Part shown: positions 11,893 to 24,046 of the stretch, in pieces
How positions within the stretch are numbered: the stretch's first letter is position 1
Layout: each line of letters starts with the position of its first letter
Assembly (NCBI GenBank): GCA_965637545.1
Contig: OZ281500.1
Coordinates: 310,001 to 374,000, forward strand
Direction of reading: 5' to 3'
DNA: 64,000 nt
Origin: Phallusia mammillata
Taxonomy: Eukaryota
Program-made: the position numbers and the translations under genes
The notes under the pieces: model-generated
What the model saw: the letters and a program-made list of their open reading frames with translations, nothing else
The model's database searches: none
Told to the model about the DNA's origin: nothing

Positions 11893-14299
11893 ATCATCGG
11901 GTTTCTACCGGCTTCAAACCGTCATCGACACAAAGCCTTAAAAACGTCGAAGCAATCATTTCTACTCAGCTAAGTTTGTGATCTTCCTGCGCAAAAACAA
12001 AACGCAAATCAAAAATTAATCACCTCGGTCGATTGAAATTTCATTTTCGCTTTTGCTGAAGTTTTAATCAATTTTAGTGCGCGCTACTTTGTGCAAGCAA
12101 ACATCAAGCTGTTGGTTGTTGTTTAAACTTATCTTCAAAATATATCCATCAAAATGCACAGAAGGTGTGGTGTCTTAATTTTACCGTAATTTATCGGCAA
12201 CAATTCAAATAATTAAACCTCCCTTTCATCTGTCATTATGCCACACAATATATATAATAGATCAGCAGTATACAGCAGAAAACTTACAAACAACTTCACT
12301 CGACCACTCCCACTTGGTTCACGCCGCCCAATCCCTCTGACTAAATGACAGTTCACTTCAATGTGCTGGAACCGCGAAAGACCACGGGTTCTCAACGCAT
12401 GTCATGTCTGCCAATGCACAAGTATATGACATTTCCTGTAATTTAACTGAAAACTTGCACTGCGTGTTACTGGTTCTCAGTGATTTAACTCCCTTTCAAA
12501 GCTACCACAGTATTTAATGAATGAACATGTACATTGTAGCACTGCATAGCCCTTATATGATTCGTGAAAACACACTAACTGCCGCCACAAATTCGTTGCG
12601 CTAATCTTTTCATCGTCCGTGTCGACAACAAAATATCCGTGAAAATTCTTACTCGACTTTTTACCTCACAACGGCAACAAGCACTTCACTCAACTTCATG
12701 CTCTGTCAGTTTCTGAAGACAGAAAAGTTGAAACCGAAGTCAGTGAACCCGAACACGCGTAGAAGTTTCGTTTCTGCTTAAACAATCCACCTCTCATCAC
12801 CTTATAACATCAATAGCTGATGGATCTGTCAGCAAATATCCTTGCACGGACGAAACTTCACCGAGGAACCAGTCAACCTTAAGCTGCTGTCGCGTCATAA
12901 ATCAGAATCGCGTCGCCCTTTGTTTATGTCGTCATGCGTGACTAACCACCAGTTCCCGCTATTCGACCACTTATTGTCTCCCGTTCCGCTTCACCAAACA
13001 TACAAAGTGCTTGAATTTAAACGAGTTGCTCGTGACGAAATTTCCCCTTCGCAGGACAAGATATATTACCAAAGTACAGTTTATACGCCTAATGCCAGTG
13101 CTAGACATCGGTATATAGCGGTTCAAACGGTTTTATAGCATTACGTCTCGCGTTGTAGAAACCGATTCCAGCTACTGATCTGAAGAATTTAAAATAGCTT
13201 CAATGAGTAAACGTGGCTAAACTATAAGACTGCCTGACGTTAGATCGTCCGAAACGTCACTCATCACTTCCTAATCGCTTCGTAAACTGCGTGGGCACGT
13301 TCTACGTCGAGCACTGCGTGGAGTTTGGGTTTAATTCCGAAGATACGATCTCTCCTTTACCCGTTCCTGTCAACCAGCTGCCCGGGCAATCTGTGTTCAC
13401 GGACAAAACCCATAACGAGCCAGCCTGACAAGCTAAACGCTGACTGATATCAAATATTCATGGAGCTTATTGCTTTAAGCATGCAAGCCTGTAAGCTGGA
13501 AGTTAAACGACCGAGAGAAAGCTTTTGGAGGGATTTTGGACGAAGGGTGGTCATTAGATACGCACAACGGCTGGTAATGCCTATTCTTGTCCAATGATTT
13601 GCATTCCAAACATGACAAGTTAACCACTAAATTTGTCGAACATCCAAACCAAGTTAATTTGTTACCTGCCCTCCAGCAAAAAAAAAATATTACCTGCCCT
13701 CCAGCAAAAATACGTTCTTCACTTTGTACTGGACGAGCTGTATAAAAGCATGGGCAGGAAAAACTTCGGTGGTTCGCAACAACAACAAACAGAAGCAGCA
13801 CATGCTTTTAAAACTTTGCCTTTTTCTACTTGTATATGTTTTCAGGCCCAAACAGCCAAACCCACAAGCTTTTGTGTAATAATGACTTCTTGTGCTGGTA
13901 AAACTCATTTCTAGCTTGTAACCTTACAGTCTACACTTGGTTTGCGCACGTTTGCCAACCCACCAATCCTCACTCTCGCTATTAAACCTGAATTCTCGTG
14001 TCGGAATTTTACGTCTCTCGTTGTGTGCGTGTTAGCGCGACACGACGGGGCGGTTACATTCGAATTCGACAGTGAAAAGTAGGCGCTTAAGTTTCATTGT
14101 AACTCGCCATGCATTATTGATGTTGTGACATCACACATGGGCGAACAAAGCGAAAGATTCCGCGGGTCTTCGTTCAACAACAACTCACATCACGCAAATA
14201 TATACAAAAACAACACAGTGAAACATCGCTGCACTGTCGACGTGTGACGTTCCACTTTCTACGTATTAGCTGATAAAGCCATCAGTGAATGAAGTTTTG

Positions 14300-17200
14300 T
14301 TATTCGTCACTGCCGATGACGGAGTTAGGAGGAGGTTGCGGAGAGGACACCGATGTGATGACGATCTCGAGGCGGGATGGAGTCTCACTGGATGTCCCGA
14401 GATCCTCATCAGATCTTCCGAGCTCCACTGATGCTGTCGTAACCCGGATGTCTCCGCCATTCAGTCGTTGTGCTGTATCTGTCACGTGATGATTCGACTT
14501 CTCGGCGATCCGCGGACTTTGTTGGTTGTTCACGATCAGTTGCGAGTTTGCTTTGTCTATCACGATCTTAACATTCTCTTTGCTCTGCTCTGCTTGCTTT
14601 GTTGAACTCTTGAACAGATCCTGGCCGTCCTTGACCCTCATCTCCCTCCCAGCAGCAGCGGATGGTGGTGGAGTGTGATCCGGAAGATGCGAGATGATCT
14701 GAAGATTCTCAGGAGACCTGCTCTTCACATCAACCCTCAACGTCGCTCCTCCTGCAGCCGCTGACTCGTCAACACGGAGTTGAGGGATCACGGTCGGAAC
14801 GAGTCCTCTCACCTCAGGCACCCGATTCCTCCTCTTTCCGGCCTTTGCGCGTTTGATCGTCTTCAGCATATTCTCCAGATGCGGCTGGAAGACTGACTCT
14901 GCATCCGACTGACTCTCCGCGTCCACATCCTCCGGAGGCAAGCGGAAGTCCACCACGCTCAGCACTTCACCCGCATCCAAACCGGTCGACTCCTCACCCG
15001 TTGCAGGATATGGGATTTTCCCCACTGATGGTACGTCACTGCGCACAGGGGCGACATCTGGCGTATTTATGATGTTGGGATCGTAAGCTGGGTCCTCCAC
15101 TTCACCCACAGTGGGAAGTTCCCATCTATCCTGCGAAACACTGCCCAGTCTCCTCGGAGCGAAGCCGAGTCTCTGTTCCCGGGATCCTGCGTTTAAGTCG
15201 ATTAAGTTTAAGTAGCGGAAATTCACATTGTTGTGTTAGTGAGTTAACAATCCGCTCTATGACAGGACAACATGTTTACAACCAGTGGTGGGATTATATT
15301 TTTTTCCAGTCGGTTCTGTCACAAAAGTTATATTTTTCAGCCGGTTCTGTTACAAAAAGTCCATTGACAGTAACCAGTAATGCTACCCGGTTGGCTGATC
15401 TGATAAAATTTCGTGAGACGGTTCTATAGAACCGGTGCGAACCGGCTGAATCCCGGCGCTGTTTTCAATCTCACCTAAACTTTTTCTTTCAACGTTGACG
15501 CGATCCGGTGTAGGCGGGACTCCCCCCAACCTGATCCTCTCCCGGTACATCACGTGACCCGGTAAATCTTTTGCGCCTCCAGTGGTCACATTCGCTGCCT
15601 CGTGATTCCAGTGGTACTGTGGCGGCCTGGAAGCTCGCGGGTGGTGCACGTGCGAGTATCGTGTCAAATCCGTGGTGATGACGTCATCAGTGGTAACGTC
15701 AGGACTCGTCCTGTCTTCTTCGGAGAGGGCTAGCCCCTCCCCAATATCGACCCTGTGCAGTCGCGGGGGGGATTTGGTGTCGGTGGAAGACATCGATTGA
15801 ACTTCGGATATTTTCGAAACTGAACAAAATTGATCGCGGTCACGTGATTGATTGCGCGATCCTGATTGGCTACGAGACATTCGGTGTCGTTGTGACTAAT
15901 TTATAATTTGGTTTTGCTCTAAGCGTGGAAGCATTGAATCCATTATAGGGGCGCAAAACCTTTTAGCTTCTGTCGGCCGCTCCACGGGTTCTTAATTCAC
16001 ATCACATACCGCAAATGTTAACTGTTTACCTTGTATGTCTAGTTCACGTCTAAGATGAAATAATTCGTTTTGGGCCAAAGGGAGTTTCAGCAAAGTTTAC
16101 AATTGCTCAGCAACCAGAATAAATAACACAATAAACATGTGCGCAGACGCATGTGGCCGTACAGTGCAAAGTTCTGCAGCCCTGGTTTATGTAAACCACA
16201 ACACGGAGTTGAAACACACTCAACATTTTTACCCTTATCTGCAGATGCTCCTGTTGGTCGGAGAATTTTCATCGGATGAGCGTCCGCGAATTTTCCGACC
16301 GGGGATGGTTGCGGTGCGCTCATGGGATTAACATCGACATGTGTTAGTCGGGGTTTCATGTTGTGATTCTCGTCACTAAAATTCACAATAGATTTCACAA
16401 AAATGTTTTATATACAGAGGACTATAAGTACGTTGATAGTTTCTATTAAATTTTGGTTAAATTATGTATTACAAGTTGCCGCAATTTAGCCTGGCAGGTT
16501 TTGTGAAAGTAAATAATTTAAATAACAGCAGAATTTTTTTTTTGAGATTGTTACAAGCAACTTGGCATTCAGTGACAACATTTTTCAAGTCAAGCCAAAC
16601 GAGGTGCAGTGATTTGGTTATGTCCATTTTGCAACAACAACTGGAAAAGTCCCTGCTAAATCTAAAATATTCAAATGCTAATGCCTGCAACAGCATTCAA
16701 CTTCTCGAGCTAATTTGCATTAAAAGCATCGTTGCTAGTTTACAAGATTTCTGCGCAAATTTCCTGCTCCCCGTAGATCGGACTTTTGCCAAAGATATGA
16801 AACTTTAATGCCGAAAAATTTCCCACTTAAGATTTGTGATTGCGTAGCGTAAATCGTTTCCAGGCGCGTCGTTAGCAACGCACGTTGATCAATAATGCAT
16901 CGAGGCCGTTTTACGCCATTGCTCGAAAACAATGTCGTTGTCAGTTTTGACTCATCACGTGATTAAATCACCCAGTAACATTTGCATCCAAGATTTTATC
17001 TCTTTATGTATATTTTGCAAGCCGTGGTTACGTAGTTGTGAGTTGAGTTGGTGGGACCAGTCGGTGGGGGCCTAGAATCTAACCACCCGTGTAAAGGAAA
17101 GAGGGTGGGGTTCGATTGTGCTTGAAGACTTACCGAACAATCTGGAAATGCCGCATCGAGCTGTTGGGAAGAGTTATCTTGTGAAGTGAGAGAACCGACA

Positions 17201-19649
17201 ACTTCTTTATGTACTCGTCGTAGCTGATGAGCCGCTCCTGCATTGCCCGACTGTAGTAAGCGATCATGTCCATCTTATTCATGGGGCCGATGAGGTGGGA
17301 TTTCCCAGTGGCTGTGGTTGTGGCTCGGCGTGGAAACCCACTCATGGTGTTTTGCTCTTCACCTCGGGTTGGAAGTTGGACTGTGGTGGCGTTACGACGA
17401 GCTGGCGTCTCACTAGAGGGCGCCACACCCTTGCGACGCTTGTTTCCCTCTCTTCCGTCGTAATCCTCTTCCTCATCTCGTCTTGATCCGATCCTGGGAA
17501 GATTCACAGGCGTCTTCCGGGGATACATTCCTCTCCGGATGAGTTTCTCTTCCATAGATCCGTCTCCCGGAGGAAGCATGATCCCGGACTCTGTGCTCGT
17601 CTGGCTGTTCGACTTCCTTGCATCCGCATCCGCCCGGTTCGCCTCTCGTTTTTGTTCCTTACGCGACAATGAATTTCCCACAACTTTGGGTAAATATGAA
17701 AACGCGCGCACAGCCCCATCTCGTGGTCGTGTTGTATTTCTATTGTTTGTCGCTTGCTGACGCGAAAGCGCGATTGGAAGAACGAAATCTCCGTTCACAT
17801 CTTGATCATTTCCAAACGCCGGAATCTAATAAAAGTTAGCTGTTACATTTGGTTCCGACAACTCCATAGACATGCAACTTTGAAATCAGCCCGTAAAGAT
17901 TTAAAACAAGTATAAAAAATCTCAACCAGGAGGCGTATAAAATCTTATAGGCTTAAGGCAGAAACTTGGCTAAAACACATTTCTGGGCCGAATGTTTTGG
18001 CGCGCCTGGCCCATATACAGACATAAAAAAGATCGGGGTTCGTTCCATGGACCGTCCTCGAACCCCGTGAAAAAGATATGGTTATAATCCACAGATCAAT
18101 GTTTTCGATTGGTCTCACCATAATATTGACCACACGCAAACCGGACGTGTTTCCCAGCAGTTTCTCTTTCGATGCTTGTTCCTTGTTTTCCAGGAAGCTG
18201 CTCAGAGGTTCGTAGTAGAAGCGTTCCTCTCTCACCTTAAACAACGTCCACATATAAGCCCACGCACCGTAACTTACACAAATAATTTTGTTCACATTTG
18301 CGGATTTGCCAACTACTCAGTTTCAGCCCCAATACATTCGGTGGACTGGCAATAAAATGCTTTTCACAAACAATAACGTTTAAAAATTGAGTAAATTCGT
18401 CCCTTATGCCTTTGGATAAGTTAAGATGAACACAAATTCATAACTGGGATCAGCCCTGAAGCGTCTATTTGCTTCAGGGTTGATACCAATCATAAATTCA
18501 TGGTTATCCTAACTGATACTGATCAAAAGAGACCCGGAAAGACTCCTGTCGAGGGTTCGAATCCCACCGCAGGCCAGACTTTTCTAGCCCACGCCCTGCC
18601 ATATGGTGGTGAATGCTTCGTGGCCGACTGATTCGGTATAATGCCCTCAATGGGCCTGGCGTACTGTGATTTATGCCTTTGGAAAGCTTTCAAGGTCTTA
18701 GTTACAAATGAAACACATAAATTCCTATTTTCAATCACTTGTGGATCTCCTATAGCCTCCAGAACACTGGTCGTCCCGTTTCGGGGTTGCGTACGCAAAT
18801 GCTGACGTAGCTGTTCGATGACGTCACGATCCGATGTCGTCACTTTTTCGGATTTGTCAGCTTTTGAAACTTGATGTTGCTGGAAAATATAAAACAATTG
18901 TTGTCAAAACAAAAGTGGAAACAATTGGTTGGGTAAAATCTGTGGTGGGACTCAGCTGGTTCGCATCGGTTTTTAGAACCATCTCACGACATTTTATGAG
19001 ATCAGCGAACCGGGTAGCATTACTGGTTACTGTCAATGAATTTTTTTGTAACAGAACCGGCTGAAAAATATGACTTTTGTGATAAAATCGGCTGACAAAA
19101 AAAAATTGAATCCCACCACTGGGTAAAATATCTCAATATTTGCAGAACAAGATGACAGTACCGATCGCAATCCTTGAGTAATTGCAAATTGCAAATGACA
19201 CTCGATAATGCAGATTTAAGTGTTTAACTCTGATTGATCAAACACAACAAGCGACAAACCGGCACAGCTACTAACGTAAGAATTCACAGTAGCCAGGTTT
19301 TGGAATTTCTGATAATTGCTGACTTAGCAATTATTGTTACAGTAAACGCTTATGCTCTGTTGCGCCACTTATCGGAAGTTCCCAAACCTGGCTACCGTGA
19401 ATTCGTACGTTAGTAGCTCTACCCGACAAACCAACCTAATATACCTTGGTGTGTGGAAACTTGATTTTCTTATTGATCGTGAGCTCGACAGGGGGAAGCC
19501 TCTTATCTTCGCTGCAATGTGAGTTGCTCGTTCTCAGCTTCGAAGCGCGCGAGCTAGTGACGTCATCGTGGGAGGGCGTGAGAAACCGGAAGGCGTAAAG
19601 TGGAGGAATGCTGACATCTAGTGACGATTTGATTGTGTGTTGTCTTTCA
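14300..19649 (-). CDS. Uncharacterised, largely disordered protein, 5'-incomplete (>=842 aa); exons 19649-19445, 18879-18739, 18235-18119, 17825-17134, 16375-16233, 15819-15475, 15186-14300
   Basis: All six introns are GT-AG with compatible phases (0,0,0,2,1,1), e.g. ATTATG|gtgaga, GTTCG|gtaagt, AAGG|gtaaaa, TTAG|gtgaga, and the joined frame stays open to TAA at 14300. No recognisable domain. The 18739 donor (CAA|gtgatt) is weak and the start codon was not found. Confidence 0.65.
15283..15461. mobile_element. hAT MITE family CAGTGGTGGGATT, copy 2 (intronic)
   Basis: Aligns with the other three copies; TSD tttacaac / ttttcaat (6/8); ends ~13 bp from the 15474 donor. Confidence 0.8.
18551..18580 (+). 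mobile_element. tRNA-derived SINE-like fragment (B-box core)
   Basis: gggttcgaatcccaccgcaggccaga is near-identical to the 4745 motif. Confidence 0.45.
18940..19121. mobile_element. hAT MITE family CAGTGGTGGGATT, copy 3 (intronic)
   Basis: TIRs ctgtggtggga / tcccaccactg; perfect 8-bp TSD ggtaaaat. Confidence 0.9.
19266..19418. repeat. Inverted-repeat element with ~50-bp arms (foldback MITE-like)
   Basis: 19266-19315 matches the reverse complement of 19369-19418 at 45/50 positions. Confidence 0.8.
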
Positions 19650-22600
19650 CTGAAACAATGATCTCATTGTTAAGCGATAGTTGATTGTCGGTCTTTCTTC
19701 AGTTAACAACCAAGCATTCTGATTTAATTGTTAAACTTCGAACTACAAAGCGCGGCGAAATTAGCAGAACAGTGCAACTTGTTAAACCGAGAATTTGAGA
19801 TTGAACCTATCTAATATCATAACAACTATTTCTCCATTTAAATCATGATTTAGGCACAGAATACAAGTTCGTATTATCTGCACCCAAATTGAATCTGTTC
19901 TCAACGATTTCTGTTTACATTTCGATTAATTTGATTTTACCTTGTTTTAAATCACAGCCAATTTCACGTACACAACAAAACCTCCGAGAAACTGCTGACA
20001 ATAACAGACTCTTCGCTTCAATACAACGGGAGATTTTCCCTTTCTAGTCCGGACACAGCACAACAGATAAAAATTGCCACAACAGGGTAAAGGCGGGCCT
20101 TTGTATCGAGTTTCAGGCTCACTGAGAGCTTTAGGGCAACGAGAAAAGGCTACAGGCTGTGCTGAGATTTTCGTTATCCTGCTTTGCGGGCGAAAATCCG
20201 CTTTTACAAGAGGAATAATAACAACAACGTCTGCGAGGGCGCTTCGTCAATCTGCTGTTATACAAGTTCATTTGAAAGATTTTTACCTCGTTTTCACATC
20301 GATTAAGTCCGGTGGAAATTGTAAAGTCTTCGCCTTGATTGCTTGATATCCAGAAGTCGCTTTTATTTCACCCAGTTTCATGACTTTTTATTACACTTAA
20401 CTACACTGCAACAACACAAGAATTTGAATCCATGTCAAACTACCGAGCAATGCTGTTTAACTTCTATTGTAGAGGCCGATTCCAAGTCATCTGTGTCAAC
20501 ATATCTTTGAACTAATGCTGGGTTTGTGAACAATGAATGGGTGCGTCCTTATTATGTCTGGCTTCATGCTATTGTGAATACGGCGCATGTAAACAGCCAC
20601 TCTGTCAATTGACATATCTGATATATTGCTTATGTATAGTCGGCATTTAGGCCGTGCCTAGAGGATTTTACTAATTTGAGCAACTCAGGTTCTCCATCAC
20701 ATGATAAATAATGTAAATTACCGGCCTCAATATCGTAAACTTCAACTTTTCAGTATTGCCGTGTCTCGTCTGCACTGTATAGCCGCATTGTGACCAGCAA
20801 ACAACTACTTCTACATGCCGGACCTTTGTAACAGTCGGTGCCATTAAACTTTTGCCAATCCAATGTTTTCGTAAAGAAATACGCAACGCAATGAGTTAAA
20901 ACGTTATAGATATGTTAAAAGAGAAACCTGAACCTCACATAAATGTAAAATAAATTCCCATACAACTAACAGTTTGAGTTAGAATAAGAGAATTATCCTG
21001 TGCCAAACTCCAATCGTGATTTTGTTCCTAAGTAAACTGTTTCAGCTTCTTAAATTATTTCTGTCTGCCTGATCGATACAATATTCAGTTTTGTTACATG
21101 GAATCGCTCGTTTCACTTGCTCCACATAATAAGAGCACACGAGAATCCACCTGGGTCACTGCAGATGAAACGTATTGTTTGGACCGAAGCTACGAACAAG
21201 AGAACTGCGAAACTTGAAACACCGCGAACACAGGGTGGACCTCGTCACCGCACAGCACCCCATACACTGGATTTGTTGCTGAAACATATCCCACACCGCC
21301 TGAAGAGATAATGTGATTAGTTCTTTATGGATTTGAGGTTTACACAATACATGATGGCTGCTTTCATATTCGGGCACACGCCAATATTCGGCTTTGTTGC
21401 CAAAACATGCGACTGCTGCCGTGTGATAATGAAGTTTTAGATGAAATTTCAATGCAATTCTGACCTCATGACCCCAACACAGATCGATAACATGCCACGA
21501 TTAAATACTTTACATCAAAGAAACAATGTTCCACATTAAAAAGCTAAATCATCCACTATTGTATCTGTAAATCACATTTTAATCAAAATTTGTTCCTTAT
21601 TTGCAGTTTTTGTTTTTACAATTCGATGTTTGGAGTCATGGTCCAGACTTAATACAGATTAATATGTTTGTAGAGTAAAAAAAAAACATTATTATAATAT
21701 CGCCGTTCAGTTTGTTAACTGCATGTTACACGGTATATTTACGACCGCTTGTAGGAGCTACGGGGCAAATATAAACAGTCTTGTCCTAAATATATAAAAA
21801 ACAATAAAACATTTGCTTCTGTTAATTAGGATTTATTAAAATAAGAGTTGTGGCAAATAAATTTACAACGACATATTCTCGTTGCTATGTGACGTCATTG
21901 TAACTTGGGACATCCCCATTGCGGTCCCAGTCAGGTCTGTGCACCGAAGCGTATCGACATATTCTGCTTTATTTGCTGAAATGCACAACACACTGGTTGA
22001 TCAGCGAATGTGGATGGACTTTGGCTGCAAGTCGACAGTTTGTTTGTTCTTTACATATTTACCGATGTTGATTTATTACAACGTTTGTGTCAGGTATTTA
22101 AGGCCAGTGAAAGTTGTTTGTCTGCTGGCTTGTCCTACTTTACTTTGTGAACGTTTTACAGAAAACAGAATTTACAGAAAACAGAATTCATTGAATATAA
22201 ATGGAGGAAGTAAGACTTTTTTTACTTTTGAAAATATAGTTTTTGAAGAGCAGTCATAAGAAAAACAAACTTGGTTAGCTAATAAGCAGCACACAAAAAA
22301 TCTCAATAAGAAATTGCTTTCGTTTTGTATTTTTTAGTTGTTAAATGTTAGTTGTTAAGCTTTTGTTTGTTTTAAATCGATTTAGCTTGGAAAAAATTAA
22401 CATCTGCAATCCTGTGGAACCTAAACACTTCGAAATTTAATTAATATTGATTTTATTTGACAACAAAAAACAAGGGACTAAACAAAAAATATTTTATTAT
22501 GATAACAAAGTATGTAAGATTTCAGCTTTGCCCTCAATATTTAGCAAGAAAAAAGACGAACCAAACAAAACATGTGATGATGTTTAGTTGGTAATTAATT

Positions 22601-23365
22601 AATTAAGTTGTGTTTGTGTGCTGCAAACATTTTGTTGTATGCCTTGTGCAAACTGAGACTTAAGCAAGAGTTAGTAAGTCATGCTGTCTGATTTTCCTGA
22701 TTTTTCATGTTTTAATAACAAACACACACTATCATTCTATACTTGATCAAGTTGTATATATGTTCAAATAGCCCTCATAATTCATGTGTACAATAATCAA
22801 AAATCAGTGACACTCATAAAAAACAGTAGAATAATCTGTGGTCATTTTATCTACAACATAAGGTAATGGGCCATTATCTGCTTTTGGTGCTGTGAATTAA
22901 AATGGTACCTTACTACACCTCCAGTTTTTAAAGTGTGTTAGTTTCAAAAACAATTTGGAACAATAAACAAAAACATGTCCGTAGTTTTTTGACACCTTGG
23001 CATACACAGCATCCATTTAAAACACAGAAGTTTACAGAATCGACTTATTTTTTAAACCAACAGATATCATATATTACCTACACAGTTTGTTTTGTTTCAG
23101 CAATGAGGGCTAAGAATAGTTATTGATTTTATCTGTTGAATACAAAACCAGCGATGAAAATGGTTAAGTTGTGTTGAAGAGCTCTTCAATCTTGAGTGAA
23201 GAAGGTACAGCTTTTATGAGTTGTCTGCTGTTTGATTTAATTTCCCAAAACATAACTATGATGTACAGTTTAAATGCTAACCCACCCTAAGAAATAGTTA
23301 CAGTAATGATGTAGTTTCTTCAGTATAAAACAAATTGCCAGCAAAGTTGAAAAAAAAGTATTCAT

Positions 23366-23419
23366 TTTATTGAACAGACGTTTCGACAAAATCTTTTGTC
23401 ATCATCAGTGAAATATAAA
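23366..23419 (-). ncRNA. Minimal hammerhead ribozyme motif (Penelope-type)
   Basis: Minus strand reads uuuau-auuu-CA CUGAUGA U GACAAA-agau-UUUGUC GAAAC GUC UG-uuca-auaaa. Core and stem II are intact; stem I has only 2 bp, an internal loop, then 5 bp. Confidence 0.55.
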
Positions 23420-24008
23420 GTGTTTTATACTGAAGCTACTATTTAAGTCCGTGTCCTGTGTACCTAAGATTTAGTTTATATTTATGGGTTAATCACTTTC
23501 CTAAAAATGATAATATACCACAGTCGGTTTCAGCGTTTTACAGACTTTTGCCGTTTATTTCATGTTGTGCTATAATTTGCAATAACGTAAACACAATGGA
23601 ATGATTAATGTCTGGTTGGTATGATATAATGCTTAGTGAAACTACATACTTGTTACAGATTCTTATTCATCTTGATGGCTGATTTCAATCAAGCACCCAA
23701 CTTCATTTAAACCACAGTTATTCAAAGTGGGACATGGAAGTTTACGACAACTTATCTGGGTGAGTCAGTGTTTGGTGGAACAACATTAAATTAACCCAAA
23801 CTTAAATTATTCACAAGGGATTGTAGATGAATGGATTTAGTGTGTGTTGCATACATCCATTACTTGCTGCTAGAATGTAAATACAATAACATAGTGATTT
23901 GTTTCCATAATGTTTTAACAAGAAGCCACTTAACAACTGAAGGTAGAAACTCAAATTGAAACTTAATTGAAAGTGCTTAGGCTTTTTCATTATAGTCAGT
24001 TCAGAGTG

Positions 24009-24046
24009 ATGCTCATGCCATCATTAGTGATATGAAGGCCACATCA
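24009..24046 (-). repeat. Truncated copy of the hammerhead-bearing repeat family C
   Basis: Reverse complement gatgtggccttcatatcactaatgatggcatgagcat matches the 53243 and 58740 copies. Confidence 0.6.

Noticed and set aside
13234-13262. CTGACG...GTCCGAAACGTC partial hammerhead
   Set aside because: Core A9 and the 5' strand of stem II are missing and there is no stem I; at best a decayed remnant.
15383-15880. ORF-track 165-aa protein as a stand-alone gene
   Set aside because: Its 3' part reads into a hAT MITE. A donor at 15474 and an acceptor at 15819 make it an internal exon of the 14300-19649 gene.
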